Below the pieces are notes generated by a model. That model did not search any database and was not told the origin of the DNA. It saw only the letters and a list, made by a program, of their open reading frames with translations. The position numbers and the translations under genes are program-made. Below are positions 7,438-15,916 of a stretch of 32,000 nt of DNA, piece after piece. Each line of letters starts with the position of its first letter. Position 1 is the first letter of the stretch. Origin of the DNA: Cupriavidus necator (GTDB lineage Bacteria > Pseudomonadota > Gammaproteobacteria > Burkholderiales > Burkholderiaceae); the NCBI RefSeq assembly GCF_016127575.1, contig NZ_CP066018.1:4017937-4049936 (forward strand), read 5' to 3'.

Positions 7438-7827
7438 TCAGGACAGGCATTCCCCGCTGCCGCGTGCATCGCTGCGCGCGCCGTCGCTGAAACCATCGCG
7501 GGAACTGGTTCGCGCCCCCTCGGTAAAGGTATCAAAGCGTCCCATGCGCGCGCCATCCGTGTAAGGATCAGGCTTGCGCATCGCATCCCGGTTCGGATCA
7601 AAGCCACGGACCACGCACACTGACATGCTGCCGCGCGCCACCACGGGCCGCATCGCGGCCTCGGCGGCGGGACTGCGCGCGCCCTCCGTGAAGGCGTCGC
7701 GCTGCGCGTTGTGGCGCGGCGCGGCAGCGGCCAGTGCTTCGCCATAGGCACCCGCGTGGGCGGCATGACTGAAGCCGGCGGCGAGTGCGGCAGTGGCAAG
7801 CAGGGTCTTGGCAAGATTCTTATGCAT
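7438..7827 (-). CDS. Small secreted protein with four D-x-[FY]-[TS]-[DE]-G-A-R repeats (CopQ/CzcJ-like stress peptide?)
   Basis: ATG 7827 is preceded by a GGAGA SD. The signal peptide is MHKNLAKTLLATAALAAGFSHAAHA. The repeats are DAFTEGAR, DPYTDGAR, DTFTEGAR and DGFSDGAR, and there are two Cys. Codon third positions are coding-like but richer in T-ending codons than the neighbours. Confidence 0.65.
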   Translation of the reverse strand: MHKNLAKTLLATAALAAGFSHAAHAGAYGEALAAAAPRHNAQRDAFTEGARSPAAEAAMRPVVARGSMSVCVVRGFDPNRDAMRKPDPYTDGARMGRFDTFTEGARTSSRDGFSDGARSDARGSGECLS

Positions 7828-8038
7828 TGCTATCTCCAACAGGGATGCCGGCGGCATTGCCGCGACGGCACTCCTCATGCAGGCGATCGGCTACGAAACG
7901 GCACGGGCCGCACGGGATCGCCTCGACCGTGCCAGCCGTTGCCTGGCGCAAGCCGCTGCCATCCCATCATGGGGCTGCGGCGCAGCGCCTGACTCCTGGA
8001 TCAGTGGTATGCGGATGCGGGGAAGCGGCCGCCCTGCC

Positions 8039-8443
8039 TCAGTGCAGCCATGCGAGCATCGCGAACAGCGGTGCCAGCGACGGCAGCAGCCGCGCCGGAC
8101 TGTGCCCGAGTGCCGCCAGGCACGCCGACCCGCGGTCGGCGGCCAGCAGCACCGCGGCGTGCCAGGCAACCGGATCCGTTGCCTGGCGTCCGCGCAGGGA
8201 GCGCGCCAGCGACAACGCGCGTCCCAGCTCGCGCGCCGGCGTGCCGTGATCGTGATTCAGCTCACGCAGTGAGGCGAGGCACGATTCCCAGTTCGCATGT
8301 GAATGACAGAGGACGTAGAGCAGCAGGAGCGCCGGCAGCAGCGATGGCAGCCACGGCGGCAACGCCCGTTGCAGTCGACGGATGCGACGGGTACCGTCGG
8401 CATGCCGGCTGGACTGGCGAGACCACTGCTGCAACGCGCACAT
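8039..8443 (-). CDS. Hypothetical His/Cys-rich membrane protein (no family recognised)
   Basis: 134 aa. An SD AAGGAG lies 8 nt upstream of ATG 8443. I checked about 100 codons by hand and third positions are strongly G/C-biased (ctg, gcg, ccg, tcg). It has a predicted TM (LPPWLPSLLPALLLLYVLC) and a hydrophobic C-terminus. Motifs: CHSH-x5-C, NHDHG. Confidence 0.45.
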   Translation of the reverse strand: MCALQQWSRQSSRHADGTRRIRRLQRALPPWLPSLLPALLLLYVLCHSHANWESCLASLRELNHDHGTPARELGRALSLARSLRGRQATDPVAWHAAVLLAADRGSACLAALGHSPARLLPSLAPLFAMLAWLH

Positions 8444-8640
8444 GGCACAGGCTCCTTCTGGAAGGGACCGCCATGAAGGCGGTCAGTGACAAGCTGAGGG
8501 TTGCATTGTGTGGCGAGGGGCGGTGCGTACGCATGAGGCCGGTGTCCCGGGTCAGCGTCAGCAATGCGCGACTTCCCGGGACAAGCGCCCCGAGGGACGG
8601 GCTGCGGGTGGCGCATGGCAGGCAGGCGGCGCAAGCCGGG

Positions 8641-8683
8641 CAAAAGCAAAACCCCCGGATCGCCTGGCGGCGTGTCCGGGGGT
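8641..8683 (-). terminator. Rho-independent terminator of kup
   Basis: The minus strand reads ACCCCCGGA-(15 nt loop)-TCCGGGGGT followed by TTTTGCTTTTG. It lies 41 nt downstream of the kup stop. Confidence 0.6.
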
Positions 8684-8723
8684 CGCTGAGGCTCGACGGG
8701 AGCGGGCGCCGGGGCCCGCGCGT

Positions 8724-10622
8724 TCAGATCTCGACCTTGGTGCCCAGCTCCACCACCCGGTTGGCCGGGATCTGGAAGAAGTCCGACGGCTTGGCGCCGT
8801 TCTGGTGCATCCAGGCGAACAGGCTCTCGCGCCACATCGGCATGCCCGGCAGCTTGGACGGAATCACCGATTCGCGCGCGATGAAGAATGAGGTCTCCAT
8901 CAGCTCGAAGTGCATGCCAAGCTTGCGGTCGGCCAGGTCCAGCACCCTCTGCACATCGGGCGTTTCCTTGAAGCCGTATTCGGACTTCAGGATAAAGACG
9001 CCGCCGCCAACGTCCTTGCAGCTCAGGCGATGGTCGTCGTCAACGTAGGGGATGTCGCGCGTGACGAAGGTCAGGAACACCACGCGCTCATGCAGCACGC
9101 GGTTGTGCTTCAGGTTATGCAGCAGCGACACCGGCACGGACTCGGTATTGCCGGTCAGGAACACCGCGGTGCCCTCAACCCGGTGCGGCGGATGCGCCAG
9201 CAGCCCGGCGATAAAGGGCTCGAGCGGGATGCCGTCTTCCAGGCTGCGCGCGCGCAGCAGCTTGCGGCCGCTGTACCAGGTCATCAGCAGGAAGAACGCG
9301 GCGCTGCCCAGCAGCAACGGGAACCAGCCGCCTTCGGCAACCTTGAGCAGGTTGGCGGCAAAGAACGACAGGTCCACCACGATGAAGGCCAGCCCGACCA
9401 CGGCAACCAGCGCGGGGTTCCACTTCCAGACGCTGCGCATGCACACCGCGGCCAGGATGGTGGTGATGACCATGGTGGTGGTCACGGCGATGCCGTAGGC
9501 AGCGGCCAGGTTCTCTGACTTCTTGAACGAGATCACCACGCCGATCACCAGCACCAGCAGCAGCCAGTTGATCACCGGCAGGTAGATCTGGCCGATCTCT
9601 GCGGCCGAGGTGTAGCGCACGCGCATGCGCGGCAGGAAGCCCAGCTGGATCGCCTGGCTGGTCAGCGAAAACGCGCCGGAGATCACCGCCTGCGAGGCGA
9701 TCACGGTGGCGCAGGTGGCCAGCAGCACCATCGGGATCTGCAGCAGATCAGGCACCATCAGGTAGAACGGGTTCTCGGCGCCGGCCGGGTTGTGCAGCAG
9801 CATCGCGCCCTGGCCGAAGTAGTTCAGCATCAGGCAGGGCATCACCAGCACAAACCAGCCGATGCGGATCGGGCGCGCGCCGAAGTGGCCCATATCGACG
9901 TACAGCGCCTCGGCACCGGTCAGCACCAGGAATACCGAGCCCAGCACGATAAAGGCCTGCAGCGCGTGCTCCACCAGGAAGGTGATGGCGTAGTACGGGT
10001 TGATCGCCTTCAGGATCTCCGGCGCCTGCACCAGGTGGAGAATCCCCAACCCCCCCAGCGCCAGGAACCAGGCGGTCATGATCGGCCCGAACAGCTTGCC
10101 CATGGTCGCAGTGCCATGGCGCTGGATCAGGAACAGCGCCGCCAGGATCATCAGCGTGATCGGTATCACGAACTGCGACAGCTGCGGCGCGGCGATCTCC
10201 AGCCCTTCCACCGCCGACAGCACCGAGATTGCCGGCGTGATGACCGCGTCGCCGTAGAACATGCAGGCGCCGAAGATGCCCAGCATCATCAGCACCCTGG
10301 CCCTGCCCGAGCGTGGCGCCACGGTGCGCAGCACCAGCGCCATCAGCGCCAGCACGCCGCCTTCGCCGTCGTTGTCGGCCCGCATCACGAAGACCACGTA
10401 CTTGATCGAGACCACGATGATCATGGCCCAGAACAGCATCGAGATGACGCCCAGCACGGCCTCCGGGCTGAACATGATGCCGTGCTCCTTGCTGAAGCAC
10501 TCCTTGAGGGCATACAGCGGGCTGGTGCCGATGTCGCCGAAGACGACGCCTACCGCGCCGAGCACCAGGGCGCGCGTGCTCGGGCTCTCGACAAAATAAT
10601 GGCTGGTTGTGGACTGGGTCAT
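8724..10622 (-). CDS. kup: KUP/HAK/KT family potassium uptake transporter
   Basis: 632 aa. [23 protein letters not shown] is the signature N-terminus. There are 12 TM-like segments and a cytoplasmic C-terminal domain. Confidence 0.95.
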   Translation of the reverse strand: MTQSTTSHYFVESPSTRALVLGAVGVVFGDIGTSPLYALKECFSKEHGIMFSPEAVLGVISMLFWAMIIVVSIKYVVFVMRADNDGEGGVLALMALVLRTVAPRSGRARVLMMLGIFGACMFYGDAVITPAISVLSAVEGLEIAAPQLSQFVIPITLMILAALFLIQRHGTATMGKLFGPIMTAWFLALGGLGILHLVQAPEILKAINPYYAITFLVEHALQAFIVLGSVFLVLTGAEALYVDMGHFGARPIRIGWFVLVMPCLMLNYFGQGAMLLHNPAGAENPFYLMVPDLLQIPMVLLATCATVIASQAVISGAFSLTSQAIQLGFLPRMRVRYTSAAEIGQIYLPVINWLLLVLVIGVVISFKKSENLAAAYGIAVTTTMVITTILAAVCMRSVWKWNPALVAVVGLAFIVVDLSFFAANLLKVAEGGWFPLLLGSAAFFLLMTWYSGRKLLRARSLEDGIPLEPFIAGLLAHPPHRVEGTAVFLTGNTESVPVSLLHNLKHNRVLHERVVFLTFVTRDIPYVDDDHRLSCKDVGGGVFILKSEYGFKETPDVQRVLDLADRKLGMHFELMETSFFIARESVIPSKLPGMPMWRESLFAWMHQNGAKPSDFFQIPANRVVELGTKVEI

Positions 10623-10941
10623 GAAATTGGGTCTGCTCGACCAGGTCGCCGGCAGGTTTGTTGGCTCTGCCGCGGCCCGGTCCCATCCAGCGCAACAGCT
10701 TGCTGCGCCCGTTTCCGGTTCTGCTTGCGGTTCTTATTGCATTGCACAAACGCGCGCAATTCTAGATGAACTGTCGACTATCGACCACTGCGGCAAACAG
10801 GGATGCCGCTTTCGTGACTTCGCAAGGATGGGAGGGAAGCGGCGGATGGTCAAGCCCTGGAAGAGCAAAACAGAGTGTCCTTGCGCCCGCAAGCGGCGTT
10901 GCGGCAGGACAACATGAGCGCCTTATGCGGCGCTTTTCATC

Positions 10942-11667
10942 TCAAACGCCCAGGTAGCGGTCCAGGGCTTCGGGCTTGCCGGCAAGGTCCGACGCGGGGC
11001 CGGCCATCACCACCCGGCCCTTCTCCAGCACCACGGCACGGTCGGCATGCGCCAGCACCGAGCGGAAATTGCGGTCGACCACAACCGAGGCGATGCCAGT
11101 GCCACGCACGGTGGCGATGACCTCCCAGATCTCGCGCACGATGCGCGGGGCCAGCCCTTCGGTGGCCTCGTCCAGCACCAGGCAGTCGGGATTGGTCATC
11201 AGCGCGCGGCCGATGGACAGCATCTGCTGTTCGCCGCCGGACAGCTGCTGGCCGCCATGGGACAGGCGTTCCTTGAGCCGCGGGAACAGGTCGAGCACGC
11301 GCGCCTCGTCCCAGTCGTTGCGGCCACTGCAGCCCTTGCGCGCGGCCATCAGCAGGTTTTCGCGCACCGACAGGCTGGGGAAGATGCCGCGGCCCTCCGG
11401 CACGTAGGCCACGCCCAGGCGCGCCACCTCGAACGGCTGCGCGCGCGAGACGTCGCGGCCGGCCACGCGGATCTGCCCCTGGCGCTGGCGCACATGTCCC
11501 AGCAGCGTGCGCAGCAGCGTGCTCTTGCCCATGCCGTTGCGGCCCAGCAGCCCGACCGTTTCGCCCACGCCCACGGTAAAGTCGACGTCGCGCAGCACGT
11601 GGCTTGAGCCATACCAGGCGTTGATGCCGGTGGCCTCGATCATCGGTGAATTGATCGGTGCGTTCAT
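10942..11667 (-). CDS. ABC transporter ATP-binding protein, LivF-like
   Basis: Walker A GRNGMGKST, signature LSGGEQQML and Walker B LVLDEAT. There is a 4-nt overlap with the upstream gene. Confidence 0.9.
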   Translation of the reverse strand: MNAPINSPMIEATGINAWYGSSHVLRDVDFTVGVGETVGLLGRNGMGKSTLLRTLLGHVRQRQGQIRVAGRDVSRAQPFEVARLGVAYVPEGRGIFPSLSVRENLLMAARKGCSGRNDWDEARVLDLFPRLKERLSHGGQQLSGGEQQMLSIGRALMTNPDCLVLDEATEGLAPRIVREIWEVIATVRGTGIASVVVDRNFRSVLAHADRAVVLEKGRVVMAGPASDLAGKPEALDRYLGV

Positions 11668-12434
11668 GCGGCCTCGCTCTCTTCCTCGCCCAGGTAGGCG
11701 ACCTGGACCTCGTGGTTGGTCCGGATCGCCTCGGGGCTGCCCGTGGCAATCACGGCGCCGTTGACCATCACGGTGATGCGGTCGGCAACCGAGAACACCG
11801 CGTCCATGTCATGCTCGACCAGCAGGATGGCGTGGCCCTCGCGCAGGCCGCGCAGCAGCGCCAGCATCCGCGCCGACTCTTCCGCGCCCATGCCGGCCAG
11901 CGGCTCGTCCAGCAGCAGCGCGACCGGCTGCGTGGCCAGGCACATTGCCACCTCCAGCTGCCGCTTCTGGCCATGGGCCAGGTCGCTGGCAAGCCGGTCC
12001 GCCAGCGGCGCCAGGCCGGCCCGCTCCAGCGCCTCGTCGGCCAGCGTGGCGCTGGTGCGGCAGCCCTGGGCGCTTTCCCACAGCCGCCACGCCCGCTGCG
12101 CGCGCGATTGCGCGGCCAGCCGGCAGTTTTCGCGCACCGTCAGCGGCAGGAAGATATTGTTGCGCTGGTAGCTGCGCCCCACCCCATGGCGCGCCAGCCG
12201 CGGCTGCGACCAGCCGGTCACGTCCTCGCCCTTCAGGTGCAGGCGGCCGGACGACGGCGCCAATTCGCCGGACAACATATTGATCAGCGTGGACTTGCCC
12301 GCGCCGTTGGTGCCGATCACGGCATGGATCTCATGCAGTGACAGCGACAGGTCGACGCCCGCCACGGCGGTCAGGCCGCCGAAGCGCCGGGTCAGTTGCT
12401 GCGCCTGCAGGATCGGCGTTCCTTGCGATATCAT
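11664..12434 (-). CDS. ABC transporter ATP-binding protein, LivG-like
   Basis: Walker A GTNGAGKST, signature-like HGQKRQLEVA and Walker B LLLDEPLAGM. There is a 4-nt overlap with the permease gene. Confidence 0.9.
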   Translation of the reverse strand: MISQGTPILQAQQLTRRFGGLTAVAGVDLSLSLHEIHAVIGTNGAGKSTLINMLSGELAPSSGRLHLKGEDVTGWSQPRLARHGVGRSYQRNNIFLPLTVRENCRLAAQSRAQRAWRLWESAQGCRTSATLADEALERAGLAPLADRLASDLAHGQKRQLEVAMCLATQPVALLLDEPLAGMGAEESARMLALLRGLREGHAILLVEHDMDAVFSVADRITVMVNGAVIATGSPEAIRTNHEVQVAYLGEEESEAA

Positions 12435-13528
12435 GCGGCCTCCGTATTGCGGCGTCCTTCGCTGCGGCTGTCCGCAGTGACCGCGGCCTCATCCGTGCCG
12501 GTGCCGGCATCGCCATTGCGGCGCCCGCGGCGGCCGTGCCGCAACACCGACGGCAGGCTGACCAGCCCGCGCGGCAGCAGCGCCACCGCGACGATGATGA
12601 AGCCGCCCATCAGCAGCTGCCAGTGCTTGGTCAGCGTACTGAACCACTCGGCCAGCAGCACGAACGAGAACGCGCCCAGCACCGCGCCGGCCAGGCTGCC
12701 CACGCCGCCCAGGATCACCATCAGCATGGCGTTGCCGGACTGGTGCCACGACGCGATCTCCGGATTGACGAAGCCAAACTGGATCGCATACAGAAACCCA
12801 GCCAGTCCCGCCAGCATCCCGCCCGCGACAAAGGCGCCAAGCTGGTAGCGGTAAGTGGCATAGCCCGCCGCGCGCATGCGCTGTTCGTTGTGGCGGATGC
12901 CGACCAGCGCGTGCCCGAAGCGCGAGCGCAGCACCAGCGCCAGCACCGCCACCGTCAGCACCAGCCCGAGCCATACCAGCCAGTAGAAATGCGTGGGATC
13001 GTTGACCGTCAGCAGGTGCTCGCCGGGCACCGGGAATTCCGGCCGGAAGTAGATATAGGTGCCATCGCTGCCGCCCGCGATGTTGGTGTCGTGGAAGACG
13101 AAATACACCATCTGCGCGAACGCCAGCGTCACCATGATGAAATACACGCCGCGGGTGCGCAGCACCAGCGCCCCCACCACCAGCGCCAGCAGCGCCGATG
13201 CCGTCAGCGCACCAGCCAGCAGCAGCCAGCCGTTGCCCGGGCCGGCCTGCGGCGCCAGGATTGCGGTGGCATACGCCGCCATGGCGAAGTACGCGGCATG
13301 GCCCAGGCTGACCAGCCCGGTGTAGCCGATCAGCAGCTGCAGCGACAGCGCGAAGATCGCCATGATCATCACCTTGCTGAGCAGCTCGATGTAGAACTTG
13401 TTGCTGTCCGCGGTCAGCAGCAGCGGCAGTGCCGCCAGCACCGCGAACGCCGCCAGCCAGCCCAGCCCGGTGGCCAGCGTGGCGTTGCGCGAGGAGTGCC
13501 GGCGCGCCGGCAATGTCGTCGGAGTCAT
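12431..13528 (-). CDS. Branched-chain-type ABC transporter permease, LivM-like
   Basis: 365 aa, polytopic. GYTGLVSLGHAAYFAMAAY is typical of the LivM family. Confidence 0.9.
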   Translation of the reverse strand: MTPTTLPARRHSSRNATLATGLGWLAAFAVLAALPLLLTADSNKFYIELLSKVMIMAIFALSLQLLIGYTGLVSLGHAAYFAMAAYATAILAPQAGPGNGWLLLAGALTASALLALVVGALVLRTRGVYFIMVTLAFAQMVYFVFHDTNIAGGSDGTYIYFRPEFPVPGEHLLTVNDPTHFYWLVWLGLVLTVAVLALVLRSRFGHALVGIRHNEQRMRAAGYATYRYQLGAFVAGGMLAGLAGFLYAIQFGFVNPEIASWHQSGNAMLMVILGGVGSLAGAVLGAFSFVLLAEWFSTLTKHWQLLMGGFIIVAVALLPRGLVSLPSVLRHGRRGRRNGDAGTGTDEAAVTADSRSEGRRNTEAA

Positions 13529-13529
13529 G

Positions 13530-14396
13530 TCATCCTGCCTTGAACAGTCCCTGCGGCTTCCACAGCAGGATCACCGCCATCAGCAGGTAGATCAACACGC
13601 CGGCCGCCTCCTGCCAGAACACCTTGCCGAAGGTATCGACGAAGCCCAGCAGCAGCGACGCCACCAGCGCGCCCTTGACCGAGCCGATGCCGCCGATCAC
13701 CACCACCACGAAGCAGACGATCAGCACCTGCGCCCCCATGCCCGGATAGACCGACGACACCGGCGCGGCGATCATGCCGGCCAGCACCGCCAGCGCCACG
13801 CCCAGCGCGAACACGAAGCGGTACAGCACCGTGATGTTGATGCCCAGCGACTGCACCATCTCGCGGTTGGTGGCGCCGGCGCGGATCATCATGCCCAGCC
13901 GGGTGCGCCGGATCACGTAGTACATCGCCAGCGCCACCACCAGGCATACCGCGGAGATAAAGAGGCGGTACACCGGATAAGTCATGTCGTTGCCGATCGC
14001 CAACGCGCCGTCCAGCAGCGCAGGCACCTGCACGCCGTGCACGTCATCGCCGACCAGGATGCTGCGCAACTCCTCGAACACCAGGATCAGCCCGTAGGTC
14101 ATCAGCACCTGCTGCAGGTGGTCGCGTTCATACAGGTAGCTGAAGAAGGCCCATTCCAGCACGTAGCCGAATGCCACCGCCAGCACGATGCCGAGCGGGA
14201 TGGCGATAAACAGGTTGCCGGTCAGGCCGGCAAGCGTGAAGGCCAGGTAGGCGCCCAGCATGTAGAAGCTGCCGTGGGCGAGATTGATCACGCCCATGAT
14301 GCCGAAGATCAGCGTCAGGCCGCTGGCCACCAGGAACAGCAGCAGGCCGTACTGGACACTGTTCAGGCACTGGATCAGGAAGGAGACGATATCCAT
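13530..14396 (-). CDS. Branched-chain-type ABC transporter permease, LivH-like
   Basis: 288 aa. The N-terminus FLIQCLNSVQYGLLLFLVASGLTLIFGIMGVINLAHGSFYMLGAY is typical of LivH. Confidence 0.9.
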   Translation of the reverse strand: MDIVSFLIQCLNSVQYGLLLFLVASGLTLIFGIMGVINLAHGSFYMLGAYLAFTLAGLTGNLFIAIPLGIVLAVAFGYVLEWAFFSYLYERDHLQQVLMTYGLILVFEELRSILVGDDVHGVQVPALLDGALAIGNDMTYPVYRLFISAVCLVVALAMYYVIRRTRLGMMIRAGATNREMVQSLGINITVLYRFVFALGVALAVLAGMIAAPVSSVYPGMGAQVLIVCFVVVVIGGIGSVKGALVASLLLGFVDTFGKVFWQEAAGVLIYLLMAVILLWKPQGLFKAG

Positions 14397-14446
14397 GCGG
14401 GGTAATGCATCAAATTACCTACAGCGCCACACATGCCGGTGGCAGG

Positions 14447-14568
14447 CCCCCCTCTCCCGCGCGCGGGTGAGGGGTTGGGGAGAGGGCCGGGCTTGCGGGA
14501 TGCGAAGGCCTTCACTTCGTGGGGACTCCTGCCCTCTCCCCCGCCCTCTCCCGCAGGCGGGAGAGGGG
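14447..14568. repeat. Two REP-like palindromic elements (ccctctcccgc..gcgggagaggg family) with dense G/C tracts in the SBP-permease intergenic region
   Basis: Imperfect palindrome: ccctctcccgcgcgcgggtgaggg (14450-14473). Same core as 5058-5081 with one change: ccctctcccgcaggcgggagaggg (14544-14567). Six G3+ tracts lie at 14465-14499 (plus strand). Four C3+ tracts lie at 14532-14552. Confidence 0.6.
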
Positions 14569-14593
14569 AGCAAACCGACTGGCCGGGATGGCC

Positions 14594-15796
14594 TTACAGC
14601 CGGCAACCGCGCGCAGGATCAGCCAGCGCCTTCACCGCCACCGAGCTGACCTTGTTCTCGCGTCCGTCGACCTTGCGCAGGTAGAAGTCCTGCACCGGGT
14701 TATGCGCCTTGGACAGCGTGAAGGCGCCGCGCGGGCTGTCGATCCTGGCGGCGCCCATGGCCTTGTACAGGTCGGCCTTGCGCGTCATGTCGCCCTTCAC
14801 CGCCGTGGCGCCGGCCGCCAGCAGCTGGGCGGCATCGTAGCCCTGCACTGCGTACACGTCGGGCTGCAGCTTGTAGGTCTTGGCGTAGTCCAGGCGGAAA
14901 TTCTTGTCGCGCGGGTTGGTCAGGCCATCGGCGTAATGCAGCGTGGTTTCCAGGCCCTGCGCGGCAGTGCCCTGTGCTTCGAGCGTGCCGTCGGTCAGGA
15001 AGCCCGAGCCGTACAGCGGGATCTTGTCCTTGAGCCCGGCCGCCGCCCAGTCCTTGACGAACTTGACCGCGCCGCCGCCGGCAAAGAACACGAACACGGC
15101 GTCAGGCTTGAGCGACGCCACTTCGGTGATCAGCGCCTGGAACTCGACATTGGGGAACGGCAGGTTCAGTTCCTTCACCACCTTGCCGCCCTTGGCCTCG
15201 AACGCCTCCTTGAAGCCCTTTACCGACTGTTCGCCTGCGGCGTACTTCCAGGTCAGCGTCACCACCTTCTTCAGGCCGCGCTCGCCCAGCACCTGGCCCA
15301 TGGCGTAACCCGGCTGCCAGTTCGAGAACGAAGTGCGGAAGATATTGGGGCCGCACAGCGGACCGGTGGCCTCGTCCACGCCGGCATTAGGAATGATCAG
15401 CAGCGTGTTGTTCTCCTTGGCCACCTTGACGATGCCCATCTGCACGCCCGAATGCACCGTGCCGACCACCACGTCGACCTGGTCGCGCTTGACCAGCTTG
15501 GTGGCGTTCTCCGGCGCCTTGGCCGGATCGGATTCATCGTCGACCTTGAAGTACTCGATGTCGCGTCCGCCGAGCTTGCCGCCCTGCTGCTGCACGTACA
15601 TGCGGAAGCCGTTTTCGATGGCCGTACCCAGGGCCGCGTAGGTGCCGGTGTACGGCAGCATGAAGCCGACCTTGATCTTGCCCCCCGGCGCAGCGGGTGC
15701 GGGGGCCGCCGGCTGCGCGGACGCGCCGGCCATGGCAAAGACGGTGGCGACGGCAAGGCAGGCAGGCGCAAGCCTGCGCGAGGTGAAGCGACGCAT
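14594..15796 (-). CDS. Periplasmic substrate-binding protein, LivK/Peripla_BP_6 type (probably aromatic acid/benzoate-related by context)
   Basis: 400 aa. The signal peptide is MRRFTSRRLAPACLAVATVFAMAGASA. IKVGFMLPYTGTYAALG and VVGTVHSGV are typical of the Leu/Ile/Val-binding protein fold. The substrate assignment is inferred from context only. Confidence 0.9.
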   Translation of the reverse strand: MRRFTSRRLAPACLAVATVFAMAGASAQPAAPAPAAPGGKIKVGFMLPYTGTYAALGTAIENGFRMYVQQQGGKLGGRDIEYFKVDDESDPAKAPENATKLVKRDQVDVVVGTVHSGVQMGIVKVAKENNTLLIIPNAGVDEATGPLCGPNIFRTSFSNWQPGYAMGQVLGERGLKKVVTLTWKYAAGEQSVKGFKEAFEAKGGKVVKELNLPFPNVEFQALITEVASLKPDAVFVFFAGGGAVKFVKDWAAAGLKDKIPLYGSGFLTDGTLEAQGTAAQGLETTLHYADGLTNPRDKNFRLDYAKTYKLQPDVYAVQGYDAAQLLAAGATAVKGDMTRKADLYKAMGAARIDSPRGAFTLSKAHNPVQDFYLRKVDGRENKVSSVAVKALADPARGCRL

Positions 15797-15916
15797 GGTG
15801 TCTCCTGGTGGTCAAGCCGGTGGCTCGCTGGACCGTTGCCGGTCACCCCTGCCCTTGCCGTGTCCCGCGCCGGCGCATGCACCGTGAGGACCCTTCGCAA
15901 CAGGCGGGAAGCCGAA

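Noticed and set aside
7936-8188. 13-nt exact repeat ccgttgcctggcg (7936-7948 and 8176-8188), both within gccag...ctggc hairpins
   Set aside because: Several identical 13-mers are expected by chance in 32 kb of biased-composition DNA. There is no further flanking similarity.
8050-9048. 332-aa plus-strand ORF across the 8.0-9.0 kb region
   Set aside because: It crosses the kup terminator and runs antisense into kup. It is Arg/Ala/Pro-rich, and the minus-strand frames are better supported.
10623-10941. 319-nt region upstream of kup considered as a K+-related or c-di-AMP-type riboswitch, or as a small gene
   Set aside because: I could see no recognisable riboswitch consensus. Only short hairpins are present (for example gcgcaacagcttgctgcgc), and the ORFs here lack an SD and coding bias. 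It probably holds the livF-like terminator plus the kup promoter. An Rfam scan would settle it.
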